Below are positions 39,381 through 48,416 of a stretch of DNA of 64,000 nucleotides, piece by piece; the first letter of the stretch is position 1; each line of letters opens with the position of its first letter. The notes under the pieces were generated by a model, which did not search any database, was not told the DNA's origin, and saw only the letters and a list, made by a program, of their open reading frames with translations. The position numbers were made by a program, and so were the translations under genes. The stretch spans positions 232,595 through 296,594 of the IMG/VR virus record IMGVR_UViG_3300049460_000128. One strand, given 5' to 3'.

Positions 39381-39746
39381 ATGTCCAAAGTCGAAATCCT
39401 GAAATTCGCTCACTTCTACAACGAAGGCGCACGTGGTGCTCGTGGCGGCGCTGCCCAGAACGACAAGATCTGGGGCCTGGCTAAAGTTGACAACAAACTG
39501 GTTCGCTTCTGGGGTCGTCGCAACGGCGTGATCAAGTTCAAAACTCACCTGCTGGGTCAACTGGGCGCTCTGAACGAAGAATACGGCCTGAAAACTGGTG
39601 GCCGCGCCGACGGTGGCGACATCTACGACGGCGTCAAGCCAAGCAACACTGCACTGATCGGCTCGCTGGTGCCAAACCTGGCGCAAAAGATCACCAGCCA
39701 CTTCTACAGCGCGATGAGCACTGGCAAGCTGAACACCAAGCACTAA
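39381..39746 (+). CDS. WGR domain protein, paralogue 3
   Basis: DKIWGLAKVDNKLVRFWGRRNG with an intact WGR triad. Confidence 0.8.
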   Translation: MSKVEILKFAHFYNEGARGARGGAAQNDKIWGLAKVDNKLVRFWGRRNGVIKFKTHLLGQLGALNEEYGLKTGGRADGGDIYDGVKPSNTALIGSLVPNLAQKITSHFYSAMSTGKLNTKH

Positions 39747-39751
39747 TCAAC

Positions 39752-39777
39752 AAAGCCCGGACTAGCCGGGCTTTTTT
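39752..39777 (+). terminator. Intrinsic terminator
   Basis: AAAGCCCGG-actag-CCGGGCTTT plus TTT. Confidence 0.85.
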
Positions 39778-39788
39778 GGGAGTATCGA

Positions 39789-39935
39789 ATGAATACTGCA
39801 CAAACTGCATACAAGCAAGGATATTATGCGTATCCAGCTTGGGAGAAAAATCCACACATCTCGGGGACGGTTGAAGCCTGGATGTGGGATATCGGCCACC
39901 ATGAAGCATGGTGTGGCCTTTCTGTTTCGCTGTAA
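39789..39935 (+). CDS. Rmf/CrpP-fold-like small protein (48 aa)
   Basis: Hand translation MNTAQTAYKQGYYAYPAWEKNPHISGTVEAWMWDIGHHEAW...; RBS GGAG; below the ORF-track cutoff. Confidence 0.6.
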   Translation: MNTAQTAYKQGYYAYPAWEKNPHISGTVEAWMWDIGHHEAWCGLSVSL

Positions 39936-39949
39936 TGGCCGGAGGTTAT

Positions 39950-40150
39950 ATGAAAATTGCAATGGCTCGCACTAACGATGACCGCTACGAAGCTGATAAT
40001 GGATTCGTTCTGGCTCGCGAATATGGCAAAACTCCAAATGGCAATCCAATGGGCGGCCGCTGGGTGCTGCGTGATGATAAACGCAATATGGTTGATTTTG
40101 ACCAGTACAGTAACGACATTGCAGAACGCCACAATTTGCGTTTGCACTAA
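39950..40150 (+). CDS. Small hypothetical protein
   Basis: RBS GGAGG. Confidence 0.75.
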   Translation: MKIAMARTNDDRYEADNGFVLAREYGKTPNGNPMGGRWVLRDDKRNMVDFDQYSNDIAERHNLRLH

Positions 40151-40167
40151 GCCACGTCTGTTACAAT

Positions 40168-40194
40168 AAAAGCCTGGCAGGTGCCAGGCTTTTT
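40168..40194 (+). terminator. Intrinsic terminator
   Basis: GCCTGGCA-gg-TGCCAGGC plus T5. Confidence 0.85.
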
Positions 40195-40209
40195 GTTATT
40201 GGAGCTTCA

Positions 40210-40365
40210 ATGAAACTAACTTTTTGGCAAAGCGTCGCCCTTGATATTGGCTCATGTTTGGCTATGATTGCCGTGCTGTATTATGCCGACTCACCATGGT
40301 GGGTATACCTTGCTGTATTGGTATTTGGTACCTGTCAACGTATGGACGCACAGGGTGGCCTATGA
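40210..40365 (+). CDS. Small membrane protein (51 aa)
   Basis: RBS GGAG; hand translated; ATGA-coupled to the next gene. Confidence 0.6.
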   Translation: MKLTFWQSVALDIGSCLAMIAVLYYADSPWWVYLAVLVFGTCQRMDAQGGL

Positions 40366-40637
40366 GTAACGTAATTCCAGGCTATCAAGCCAATCTGTAT
40401 GCGCGCTGGCACGACACTGATCCCTATGACGCATTCGGTCGCGAGATCACACCAGGTATGATCATCCTTAAACCTGATTCCAGCAATCAGCCGCCTGAAC
40501 TGCTGAAGGTCACTCATCGTAAAGGTGATGCCATCTATGTGGAAGGCAAACGTGCAAAGATTGCACTGCCAGGTCGTTGCATTATCGTTACCGAGAGTAT
40601 TCCGGAATTCGTGAATATCCCCCCAGAAGAGGATTGA
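40362..40637 (+). CDS. Hypothetical protein (KOW/SH3-like)
   Basis: DAFGREITPGMIIL motif. Confidence 0.65.
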   Translation: MSNVIPGYQANLYARWHDTDPYDAFGREITPGMIILKPDSSNQPPELLKVTHRKGDAIYVEGKRAKIALPGRCIIVTESIPEFVNIPPEED

Positions 40638-40689
40638 CCTCAAGCACATATGAATGTAGTATTGTTCATATGACAACACAAGGATTTGT

Positions 40690-41172
40690 ATGAACATCGA
40701 ACGCTTATTGGTAATCCTGCATAATATTGCACCGCAACTGAATGCCAAGTGTGTGGGTAATATGGTAGCCGGTGATTTTGAAACTCAGCTGGCAGACGGC
40801 GGGGTTATCAATTTCGTCAATGACGAAAAAGGTTGGACTCTGGCTGGCCCAGTCGGTATTGGTTTCAGCAGCGGAATTACGATCGAGAACCTCAAAACCG
40901 AAACTGATCTGGTGAAGGCGATCAAGCGGTCGTATATTCCGCAGATGCACGTCTACAACCTCAAGCATGGCTATCCAATCAGCTTGCCAACTGAAACGGG
41001 TAATTTCTACTGGGACTTTCTCTACTATGCGTCCTGGGCTCTGTATGGCCTGAACGGCGCGGCCCGTCAAGCATTTGCTCATACCATCCTGTTGTTCCTG
41101 GACGTCTACAACAAAGATTTCCAGAAGACAGCTCGTGGTTATTTTGAACGCTTCAAACTGGAAATCGAATGA
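40690..41172 (+). CDS. Hypothetical protein
   Basis: RBS AAGGA; promoter TTGACC-17-TAGTAT at 40634-62. Confidence 0.75.
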   Translation: MNIERLLVILHNIAPQLNAKCVGNMVAGDFETQLADGGVINFVNDEKGWTLAGPVGIGFSSGITIENLKTETDLVKAIKRSYIPQMHVYNLKHGYPISLPTETGNFYWDFLYYASWALYGLNGAARQAFAHTILLFLDVYNKDFQKTARGYFERFKLEIE

Positions 41173-41552
41173 TGACCGTCGGCCACATTATCAACAACGG
41201 GATATCGTCACAGAACCTGACATTATCTGACGTGGCCAAGAAAGCTGGTTTCGTTAGTGCCCGTGTTCTGGAACTCATCAGTCAAGACATATGCGTCTTA
41301 CCCATGAACATGCTTGTTCCGCTTGCAGATGCGATAAACGTCGATCCTGCGACTATCTACCGTCAGGCAATGCAACAATATCGGCCGAAAGAGTGGACGA
41401 TCCTGGAGCTGACACTCGCTTGCCATGAAATCACAGCTCAGAATCTCAAGCATGTCGAAACCCTCCGGAAGCTGGGTGGTAATGTTGATGCGCTATCGGA
41501 GGTTGACTACGAGCGCTATAAGTTCGCCAGAAGTCACCTCAATAAGAAGTAA
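41169..41552 (+). CDS. XRE-like helix-turn-helix regulator
   Basis: LTLSDVAKKAGFVSARVLELISQD...LVPLADAINVDP. Confidence 0.7.
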   Translation: MMTVGHIINNGISSQNLTLSDVAKKAGFVSARVLELISQDICVLPMNMLVPLADAINVDPATIYRQAMQQYRPKEWTILELTLACHEITAQNLKHVETLRKLGGNVDALSEVDYERYKFARSHLNKK

Positions 41553-41619
41553 AGTTGTGTTGATCTGGCGTTCATTTACATGTAGAATTCATTTATCGTA
41601 AATGAACGCTGGAGCAAAT

Positions 41620-41988
41620 ATGTCTCGTACTACTCCCAAAAAGGTCATTGAACTGATCGAGCGTCACCAGTCGCGTCAAGACTGGATTCAAGAACAAATT
41701 GACATTCGTCGCAATCCGAATATTTCCCGCGACAACATCATCTACCAGCCCGAGCATGGCCCCGAACACTTCGAGGCAATGGCTGTAGGGCAGAACACGA
41801 TGCTGGAAGACGTCCTGCACGTCAATAACTGCTACCATGGTTATAACAACGTCGGGCGCTGGGAGCATATCCCCAACCCCAACGTAGGCACACAACCGGA
41901 CAAACCAACTATCCGCCGTCGTGATATCGGCGGCCAAGTACGGGCAGCTGACAAGGCTGACTGGCGTCGCATGTACTACATCAAATAA
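41620..41988 (+). CDS. Hypothetical protein
   Basis: RBS GGAG; promoter TTGATC-17-TAGAAT at 41560-88. Confidence 0.75.
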   Translation: MSRTTPKKVIELIERHQSRQDWIQEQIDIRRNPNISRDNIIYQPEHGPEHFEAMAVGQNTMLEDVLHVNNCYHGYNNVGRWEHIPNPNVGTQPDKPTIRRRDIGGQVRAADKADWRRMYYIK

Positions 41989-41997
41989 GGAGATAGC

Positions 41998-42264
41998 ATG
42001 ACGCGTAAAGTAATTCACCTGGGCCATCATATTTGGTTCGTCGTACACCTGGATCTGGCAGGCAAAATCGAAGCTCTTGAAGAACATGATTGGCGAGAAG
42101 GTGGCGGCATCGAGCCGCCCAAGGGCGAGACCTACGATCAACTGTTTGAACGACGATTCAAGAATCGCTGGGGTGGGACTGAAACTCAACGCAATGAGCT
42201 GTTTGGTAAAGCACTTGCGTTCCTGAAAACCGCCGAAGAACACGTCAACCTGGTAGATAACTAA
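41998..42264 (+). CDS. Hypothetical protein
   Basis: RBS AAGGAG. Confidence 0.75.
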   Translation: MTRKVIHLGHHIWFVVHLDLAGKIEALEEHDWREGGGIEPPKGETYDQLFERRFKNRWGGTETQRNELFGKALAFLKTAEEHVNLVDN

Positions 42265-42656
42265 TGGCCCAACGCACCCCCGAAGAACTCGATGAAATGA
42301 TCGATGCCTTGGATGTCATGCAGGGCATGTTGCGTGACCCGCATAAGATCATCAACGGCACGGCCGAACCACTGACCGACAAAGATCCATCCGTCTGCTA
42401 TGCGATCAGCTCGTCACTGTGCCACGTGCTGGATCAACGTGCCAAGGCTCTCGGCATCCCAGATACTTTCCAGAAGGCAATCGACGTCTGGGAGTTTGAA
42501 GTCAACAATGCGGTGGGCTTCATGCTGGAAAACTTCCACCTGGAGATGATCATCATGAGCTTGAATACGCTGGAGAATCAATACAAGCTCGAAATCCGCA
42601 CCATCCAGCAGCCAAACGTGGTCAAACTGCTGGAATTAATCAACTCCTTCTACTGA
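42264..42656 (+). CDS. Hypothetical protein
   Basis: TAATG coupling. Confidence 0.75.
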   Translation: MAQRTPEELDEMIDALDVMQGMLRDPHKIINGTAEPLTDKDPSVCYAISSSLCHVLDQRAKALGIPDTFQKAIDVWEFEVNNAVGFMLENFHLEMIIMSLNTLENQYKLEIRTIQQPNVVKLLELINSFY

Positions 42657-42725
42657 TCAACAGGGAGTTGATTAATTGTTCATGTGGCGTTACACTATGA
42701 TCATCATAACGGTATAAGGTCATCC

Positions 42726-43247
42726 ATGTACGACAAGATTAAAGCTGGTGCCTACAATAACACCGCCCACTATCCATCCAAGATAGAGTACGATAAGTTT
42801 TACGTCTACCACAGCGGTGAAGTTATCCACAACGGCATTGTGATCTGGGACGAAGACGAGCGTGATGCCAAGCGTGCTGAATGGCGAGCGGCTGGCTACG
42901 TGATCGAACAAAAGGTCGACTGGGATGCCATGAACGCCCAGCGTGACGTATATCAGGCTGAAGAGCGGCGCCTGCTGGCCCAGTTCCAGGCTGATATCAC
43001 GGCGCACTTCGGGCTGACTGACCATCCAAAAGCTGCCATGCTGTTTGATAAAGCATGGGCACGCGGCCATGGAAACGGTTTCGCAGAAGTGTACAGTGTC
43101 TACGAGGACCTGAAAGATCTTCTGGTCACTGCTGACCGGACAGCGGCCCGCCGTAAAATGTTTTCGGCGTACAGCCAATGCCTAATTGCCGGTGAAAACA
43201 TGACAGTTGATGAAATTGCCAATAAACTTCTAGATGCGGCGCAATGA
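42726..43247 (+). CDS. Hypothetical protein, family with 43523 and 45174
   Basis: FQADITAHFGLTDHPKA...AWARGHGNG; promoter TTGATT-17-TACACT at 42668-96. Confidence 0.78.
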   Translation: MYDKIKAGAYNNTAHYPSKIEYDKFYVYHSGEVIHNGIVIWDEDERDAKRAEWRAAGYVIEQKVDWDAMNAQRDVYQAEERRLLAQFQADITAHFGLTDHPKAAMLFDKAWARGHGNGFAEVYSVYEDLKDLLVTADRTAARRKMFSAYSQCLIAGENMTVDEIANKLLDAAQ

Positions 43248-43441
43248 ACAAAGAAACCAAACTAGTGGTCAAGGCCGCAATTAAACGTGGCTGGGTGTTC
43301 AAACATGGTAAGAAACACCACAGTCTAACTTACAAGAACGGCCGAAAGGTTTCGGTGAGTGGATCACCATCGTGCCGACATTCGTACAAAAACCTCGACA
43401 GTGACATTCGAGCCATCGAGCAAGATTTGTCATGTGCGTAG
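43244..43441 (+). CDS. HicA-like (dsRBD-fold) putative mRNA interferase
   Basis: RGWVFKHGKKHHSLTYKNGRKVSVSGSPSCRHSYKNLDSDIR pattern. Confidence 0.6.
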   Translation: MNKETKLVVKAAIKRGWVFKHGKKHHSLTYKNGRKVSVSGSPSCRHSYKNLDSDIRAIEQDLSCA

Positions 43442-43522
43442 TTTGCAGATGAAAATAATTGCTTGACTTTAGTTCATCTGTTCTGTATCATCTTTTACAA
43501 GATAAACGAACTGGAGAAAAAG

Positions 43523-43930
43523 ATGACTGAAACTGTCCGCGACAAACTGGCTCGCGAAGCTTACAAGAACAACCTGCCATATCCGCGTGCTGCCGATATG
43601 AGCGTATACTTCGTCTACAACAAAGGCACCGTGATCGCCAACGGCCTGCCAGCAGCTGAAGTTACCGACGAGATGAAGCGTGGCTGGAAAGACGCCGGCT
43701 TCCTGGTCGACGTGCAAAAGGTCGCTGACGATAAGCTGAAAGAAGCCCGTCGTGCCCATGGTGCTGAAAATCAGCGTCTGATGGACGAATTCCGCAACGA
43801 TGTGGAACGTGAAAACGACATGGTCGGCCATCCGAAGGTGGAAAAAATCTGGACCCTGGTTAGCAACGAACGTTCCAGCCTGAACGAAAAGGTCGACTTC
43901 TTCGAAGATCTGGCCGAACTGGTCAAATAA
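43523..43930 (+). CDS. Hypothetical protein, family with 42726 and 45174
   Basis: FRNDVERENDMVGHPKV; RBS GGAG; promoter TTGACT-17-TATCAT at 43463-91. Confidence 0.8.
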   Translation: MTETVRDKLAREAYKNNLPYPRAADMSVYFVYNKGTVIANGLPAAEVTDEMKRGWKDAGFLVDVQKVADDKLKEARRAHGAENQRLMDEFRNDVERENDMVGHPKVEKIWTLVSNERSSLNEKVDFFEDLAELVK

Positions 43931-43940
43931 GGAGAACAGC

Positions 43941-44174
43941 ATGACCAAAGAAATTGAAAAGCTGCGTAAACGACTGATCAAGGATTACAAGGCCGAGCAC
44001 GCCGAAGCGTTGAAGTGGAAACGGCAAGGTCAGGCAGAGGTCAGCGCAACGACAGCCGGAAGCGAACTGGCGGTGGGGCGCGAGAAAGTGCCCATCGACG
44101 AGTACATCAAGATGTGGCAAGATGGCCTGACCGCACTCGAAGGTGGTGCGGATCCAGAGAAATACAATTACTAA
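43941..44174 (+). CDS. Small hypothetical protein
   Basis: RBS AAGGAG. Confidence 0.75.
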   Translation: MTKEIEKLRKRLIKDYKAEHAEALKWKRQGQAEVSATTAGSELAVGREKVPIDEYIKMWQDGLTALEGGADPEKYNY

Positions 44175-44243
44175 CACGATGGTCAAGTGAACAAAACACT
44201 TGACCATTTTTCATTTGGCCCGTAGAATACTGACATCGACAAC

Positions 44244-44669
44244 ATGAAAGACAACATCATGCCAAAGCCAAATGCCGTCACCCCAGAACAACTGTTCCCG
44301 ATACTGCTCAGCAACTGGGAAGTCATCCATGCTGAATTTAAGCATATCAAACCATTCACGTTCGGCGACGTCGTGGATTTCCTGGCAGGCGAACCTGGTG
44401 CTGTAATTGATGAAGATCGTTACAGCTATGGTTACACGCGCAGCAATCAAGTCAAACAAGCTATCTCGGCTATTGGCGCGCGGTTGGTCGATAAAAAGCT
44501 GGCCGATGCTGAAACCACGGCCGTATATAAAGCACTGTGGGCCATGGAAAGTTCGTGCAAGTGCAAATACTGCACCAAGCCGTTCAAGTTTGCCTTCATG
44601 ATGGGCAATAACAACGGTGTGTGCCCAAAACCTCGTTGCACGTTGCAGAATATGCGTGACTCTATCTAG
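44244..44669 (+). CDS. Hypothetical protein with a C-terminal Cys4 Zn-finger
   Basis: CKYC...CPKPRC; promoter TTGACC-17-TAGAAT at 44200-28. Confidence 0.72.
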   Translation: MKDNIMPKPNAVTPEQLFPILLSNWEVIHAEFKHIKPFTFGDVVDFLAGEPGAVIDEDRYSYGYTRSNQVKQAISAIGARLVDKKLADAETTAVYKALWAMESSCKCKYCTKPFKFAFMMGNNNGVCPKPRCTLQNMRDSI

Positions 44670-44693
44670 GCAAATGGTGTTATAATGGTCGGT

Positions 44694-45170
44694 ATGAAAA
44701 CCGACCTGCACATCCTGCCCCATGAAGTCGAGCCCAGCATACTGGCTCGTCTCATAGAGCCACATAGCAAAGAACGTCCAGGCATTCCCTTTGCCTGGAT
44801 GCTCAGTTATGGTGCCCGGGAAGCTCGACAGAATATTCGTTACTTTGAAAATGGCGTGCGTCACTGTGCGTTGGAGTTTCCCATCCGGGTATTCTTCAGC
44901 AAATGGTCGCACGCCATTGTCATAACATTCGTGCCCCTTGAAGCCATTCGGGAACCGCATATTCTGGAATGGTATGTGACCTTCTACGAGGTTCCAGTTG
45001 AGGAAGCAAAGACACGTCTGGAAACATGGCCTGAATGGCCGCATGATGGGCGCAACGAGATGGCAGTGCGAACCGAAATCCTTACTGCTGAAGGCGGTAT
45101 TCAAAAGATGCTCGACGACTCCGAAAGGGTGTTGGCCGAGCGTGGCATTGACATTCCAAGTAAATGGTGA
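44694..45170 (+). CDS. Hypothetical protein, probably leaderless
   Basis: Extended -10 TGtTATAAT at 44678-86, ATG 7 nt later. Confidence 0.72.
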   Translation: MKTDLHILPHEVEPSILARLIEPHSKERPGIPFAWMLSYGAREARQNIRYFENGVRHCALEFPIRVFFSKWSHAIVITFVPLEAIREPHILEWYVTFYEVPVEEAKTRLETWPEWPHDGRNEMAVRTEILTAEGGIQKMLDDSERVLAERGIDIPSKW

Positions 45171-45173
45171 AAA

Positions 45174-45632
45174 ATGACTGTACGTGAAGATATTCTGGCG
45201 GGTAAGTATGTGCCTAACCTGCCGCTGAAAGACGCACCAGTGACCGTTGGTGACTGGCAATTCGCACAGATTGCACGCATCGACGTCTATCCGGTTGGCT
45301 ACGATCCGTTTGCAAAAGATGAACCCGGCAAGCCAAAAATCGTGCGCCTCAAGCCCACGTATGAATGGTACCTGGACCTCATCACGCCAGACAAAGGAGT
45401 GGTGCGCCAGCGCATCGATGTTAAAGATCGCCAAGAAGCCGAAGCAATGCTGAGTGCTGAAGTTGAGCGTATCGAAGATCAGCTGTACGACGACCTCGCG
45501 GATGAATACCACGTCACACATGGCACTCTGGGCCTGTTGTACGGCATGGCAAAAAGCCTCCGCTTGAAAGGATTGATTGCTGTGGCCGACGAGTGGACGC
45601 GCTTGTTCCCTTTGACCCAAGTCAATAACTAG
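45174..45632 (+). CDS. Hypothetical protein, divergent member of the 42726/43523 family
   Basis: MTVREDILAGKYVPNLP; LYDDLADEYHVTH. Confidence 0.72.
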   Translation: MTVREDILAGKYVPNLPLKDAPVTVGDWQFAQIARIDVYPVGYDPFAKDEPGKPKIVRLKPTYEWYLDLITPDKGVVRQRIDVKDRQEAEAMLSAEVERIEDQLYDDLADEYHVTHGTLGLLYGMAKSLRLKGLIAVADEWTRLFPLTQVNN

Positions 45633-45639
45633 GAATAAC

Positions 45640-46047
45640 ATGATAGAACTTCGTGCAGATGGTTCAATTCCAGGGCCAGACAAATATGGGCGCGTCTATC
45701 AAATCGTCAACCTGATGACTGGTGAGATAGGCTACAACATGTGGAGCAGCGACTTGCCTGAGGGTGATCCAGATCGTGTTGCTGGCATCCAGAGCTATCC
45801 AACCTTCAAGAAATGGGCCAGTGATATTCTTCCTGTTGACGATGCCGACGCATTGGTAGAAAAGCTCAACCGGGGCCCTGCTGAATATGTGAACACTCCG
45901 CATACCTTGATGGTGGCTCGTGTCCGTGCTCGTCTGCAAACTGGCAATGTTGGAGACATAGACGGCGTTTCAATCATCGACGACATGAAGGAAATGTTGC
46001 TCGATATAAATGGCAGGGGAGCACGGCCTCCGTTGTCTGGCTGGTAA
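45640..46047 (+). CDS. Hypothetical protein
   Basis: RBS AGGA. Confidence 0.72.
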   Translation: MIELRADGSIPGPDKYGRVYQIVNLMTGEIGYNMWSSDLPEGDPDRVAGIQSYPTFKKWASDILPVDDADALVEKLNRGPAEYVNTPHTLMVARVRARLQTGNVGDIDGVSIIDDMKEMLLDINGRGARPPLSGW

Positions 46048-46095
46048 GTCAAAGCCTATATTGCATCAACTTACCATACCGTCTAAACTGGCGGT

Positions 46096-47001
46096 ATGAA
46101 TACTCCAATCCGAAAAGCCGTCTTCCCCGTTGCGGGCTTGGGAAGTCGGTTCCTCCCCGCAACAAAAGCACAACCCAAAGAAATGCTTCCCATCGTGGAC
46201 AAGCCTTTGATCCAATATGCGGTCGAAGAAGCTGTTGCGAGTGGCATTACCGAACTCATCTTCGTTACTGGACGAAACAAACGTGCAATCGAGGATCACT
46301 TCGATACTGCATATGAACTGGAAGACACACTTCAGAACAACAACAAAACTGAATTGCTGGCTTTGGTTCAAGACATTCTGCCATCAAACGTCAACTGCGT
46401 CTTTATCCGTCAACCAAAGCCTCTGGGCCTAGGCCACGCTGTCTTGTGTGCAAAAAGCCTCGTGGGTACTGACCCGTTCGTGGTCATGCTGGCTGACGAT
46501 TTTATGACGACTGAAGGCGATACTGCACCAGTGCTCAAGCAGATGATTGATGCCTATCAGGTGAACGGCAACAGTCAAATCGCCGTTCAGACCGTACCCT
46601 GGGCCAATACTCGTCAATATGGTATTGTGACCACCAGCAAAGATGCTGGGCAAATGGAGTTGATCATTCCAGGTTCAAGTATTCCAATGATTGGTATTGT
46701 GGAAAAACCACATCCAAAAGTGGCTCCAAGTAACTTGGCTGTTGTTGGACGCTATGTGTTTGATAATGCAATCATGGGCTATCTGAAAAATCTTCCACCA
46801 CCATTTAACGGCGAAGTGCAGCTCACCGATGCAATCTCGGAGATGCTTCGTTTACATCAAGTTGAGGCATTCAACTTTGTGGGTAAGCGGTTCGACTGTG
46901 GTAGTAAGTTGGGCTATCTGGAAGCAACCGTGGAGATGGGCTTGCGTCACCCAGAGCTGGGCGCTGCCTTTGCCCAATATCTCAAGGGGATTCAGGTATG
47001 A
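46096..47001 (+). CDS. galU: UTP--glucose-1-phosphate uridylyltransferase
   Basis: [60 protein letters not shown]. Confidence 0.96.
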   Translation: MNTPIRKAVFPVAGLGSRFLPATKAQPKEMLPIVDKPLIQYAVEEAVASGITELIFVTGRNKRAIEDHFDTAYELEDTLQNNNKTELLALVQDILPSNVNCVFIRQPKPLGLGHAVLCAKSLVGTDPFVVMLADDFMTTEGDTAPVLKQMIDAYQVNGNSQIAVQTVPWANTRQYGIVTTSKDAGQMELIIPGSSIPMIGIVEKPHPKVAPSNLAVVGRYVFDNAIMGYLKNLPPPFNGEVQLTDAISEMLRLHQVEAFNFVGKRFDCGSKLGYLEATVEMGLRHPELGAAFAQYLKGIQV

Positions 47002-47171
47002 GGTATTCGATCACCCTACATGTGGAAGTTGAATCAAAGTCAATCGATAAAGCATACAAATATGCTGATGCCATTTGCGATGCAGTCTTGGAGACAGAGG
47101 ACGATAAGAATGGCTCAGTCGCGAGTGTTACTATTGGCGATGCTGAAGAAGTGGAAGATGACGAAGTATGA
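46998..47171 (+). CDS. Small acidic hypothetical protein (57 aa)
   Basis: Hand translation [13 protein letters not shown]...; ATGA coupling at both ends. Confidence 0.6.
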   Translation: MRYSITLHVEVESKSIDKAYKYADAICDAVLETEDDKNGSVASVTIGDAEEVEDDEV

Positions 47172-47416
47172 CCTTCAGAAATAATCCAGTGCCAGCTCAT
47201 TGGATTGCTAAGCCAGATAGAACAGCCGCTCAAGAAACTCGTGATCGTGCTGTACAGGCTGCAACTATCAATAAGCTGAAAGAAATTGGCAGGATGACTG
47301 GTGGCGAAAAAGAACTCGCGATTGCTACCCTCCAACGGTTGTTTGGCAAAGTAGGCGAAAAAGTTTCAGTTGATTTTTATAAGTTCATCAACTATAATGA
47401 TCAATCAACAACTTGA
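47168..47416 (+). CDS. Small hypothetical protein
   Basis: ATGA coupling. Confidence 0.65.
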   Translation: MTFRNNPVPAHWIAKPDRTAAQETRDRAVQAATINKLKEIGRMTGGEKELAIATLQRLFGKVGEKVSVDFYKFINYNDQSTT

Positions 47417-47425
47417 AAGGTAATC

Positions 47426-47671
47426 ATGTTCCCCGATGTCGTTTTAGTTGTAGGTGACGATGACCAACGAACGGTTGAACTTATCACCCGTAAAATCCTG
47501 CCTGAACACCAAATCTTACTGATTGGTTCAGGCAGTTACAATAGTATGGCCAGCGAAGCACTGATTGCGGCGGTTGAGTCATTCGACATTTACCAGTTGC
47601 AAAAGTCTGCTGTACCAGAATACGGTCACTACCGGGTAAACTTCCGCACCGGCAAGCCACTCCGTTACTAA
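47426..47671 (+). CDS. Small hypothetical protein
   Basis: RBS AAGG. Confidence 0.65.
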   Translation: MFPDVVLVVGDDDQRTVELITRKILPEHQILLIGSGSYNSMASEALIAAVESFDIYQLQKSAVPEYGHYRVNFRTGKPLRY

Positions 47672-47748
47672 TTCGTTCATCTTTTACTTGATTCATGTTT
47701 CAAATGAATCTATAATTGGAACAAGTTAAACGAAACGGAGCAAACAAA

Positions 47749-48393
47749 ATGCCAGCAACCACCAACCGCGTAGTAGAATCCAGCGTTGTAGATTTTACCA
47801 ACTCCAGCAACGCAAAATGGCGTGACCTGGGTAAAGCTACTGTTCTGAGCATCAAGTCTGCGCGTGTTTGGATGCACTATGAAGTGTGCCCACAAGCTGG
47901 CGAGTATGCAAACAAGATCATCACGCTCCGCATTCGTATGCCAGGCACTATCGACACCCGCTGCGAACTGATCACCGGTAAGTCGAAAACTAACTTCGCC
48001 AAGGCCGTCGAAGTCAAGGTCAAGAAGATCGAAAAGAAAAACAAGGCCATCGAAGCCCTCGACATCAAAGACGTCAACCCTGGCGACATCGTTAGCGTAA
48101 AGAACAAACTGAAGGGCACCTCGTATGACTTCAAAGTATACGAGATCGACTACAATCAATGCCGCCTGAAAGGCTGGGCAACCACGTTCTCGCAGTGGGA
48201 CGTTGGCTCCAAAATGGGCTGGGTGTCGTTTAACCACGATTCCGTTGAGATTACCATGAAGACCCGCAAAGCTTTCAAGGTCGAAGGCGATCCCCTGTAC
48301 GAACGTCACAAAGAAAAATCCGGCCGTGTCGGCGAAAAACGCGCAGCCACCCGCCAACGCCGTGCAACTCTGCGTTCCATTTACGGTTTCTAA
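47749..48393 (+). CDS. Basic hypothetical protein (KOW-like segment)
   Basis: RBS GGAG; promoter TTGATT-17-TATAAT at 47688-716; VNPGDIVSVK. Confidence 0.8.
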   Translation: MPATTNRVVESSVVDFTNSSNAKWRDLGKATVLSIKSARVWMHYEVCPQAGEYANKIITLRIRMPGTIDTRCELITGKSKTNFAKAVEVKVKKIEKKNKAIEALDIKDVNPGDIVSVKNKLKGTSYDFKVYEIDYNQCRLKGWATTFSQWDVGSKMGWVSFNHDSVEITMKTRKAFKVEGDPLYERHKEKSGRVGEKRAATRQRRATLRSIYGF

Positions 48394-48416
48394 TTAACCA
48401 CCTGAAAGGATTTTCC

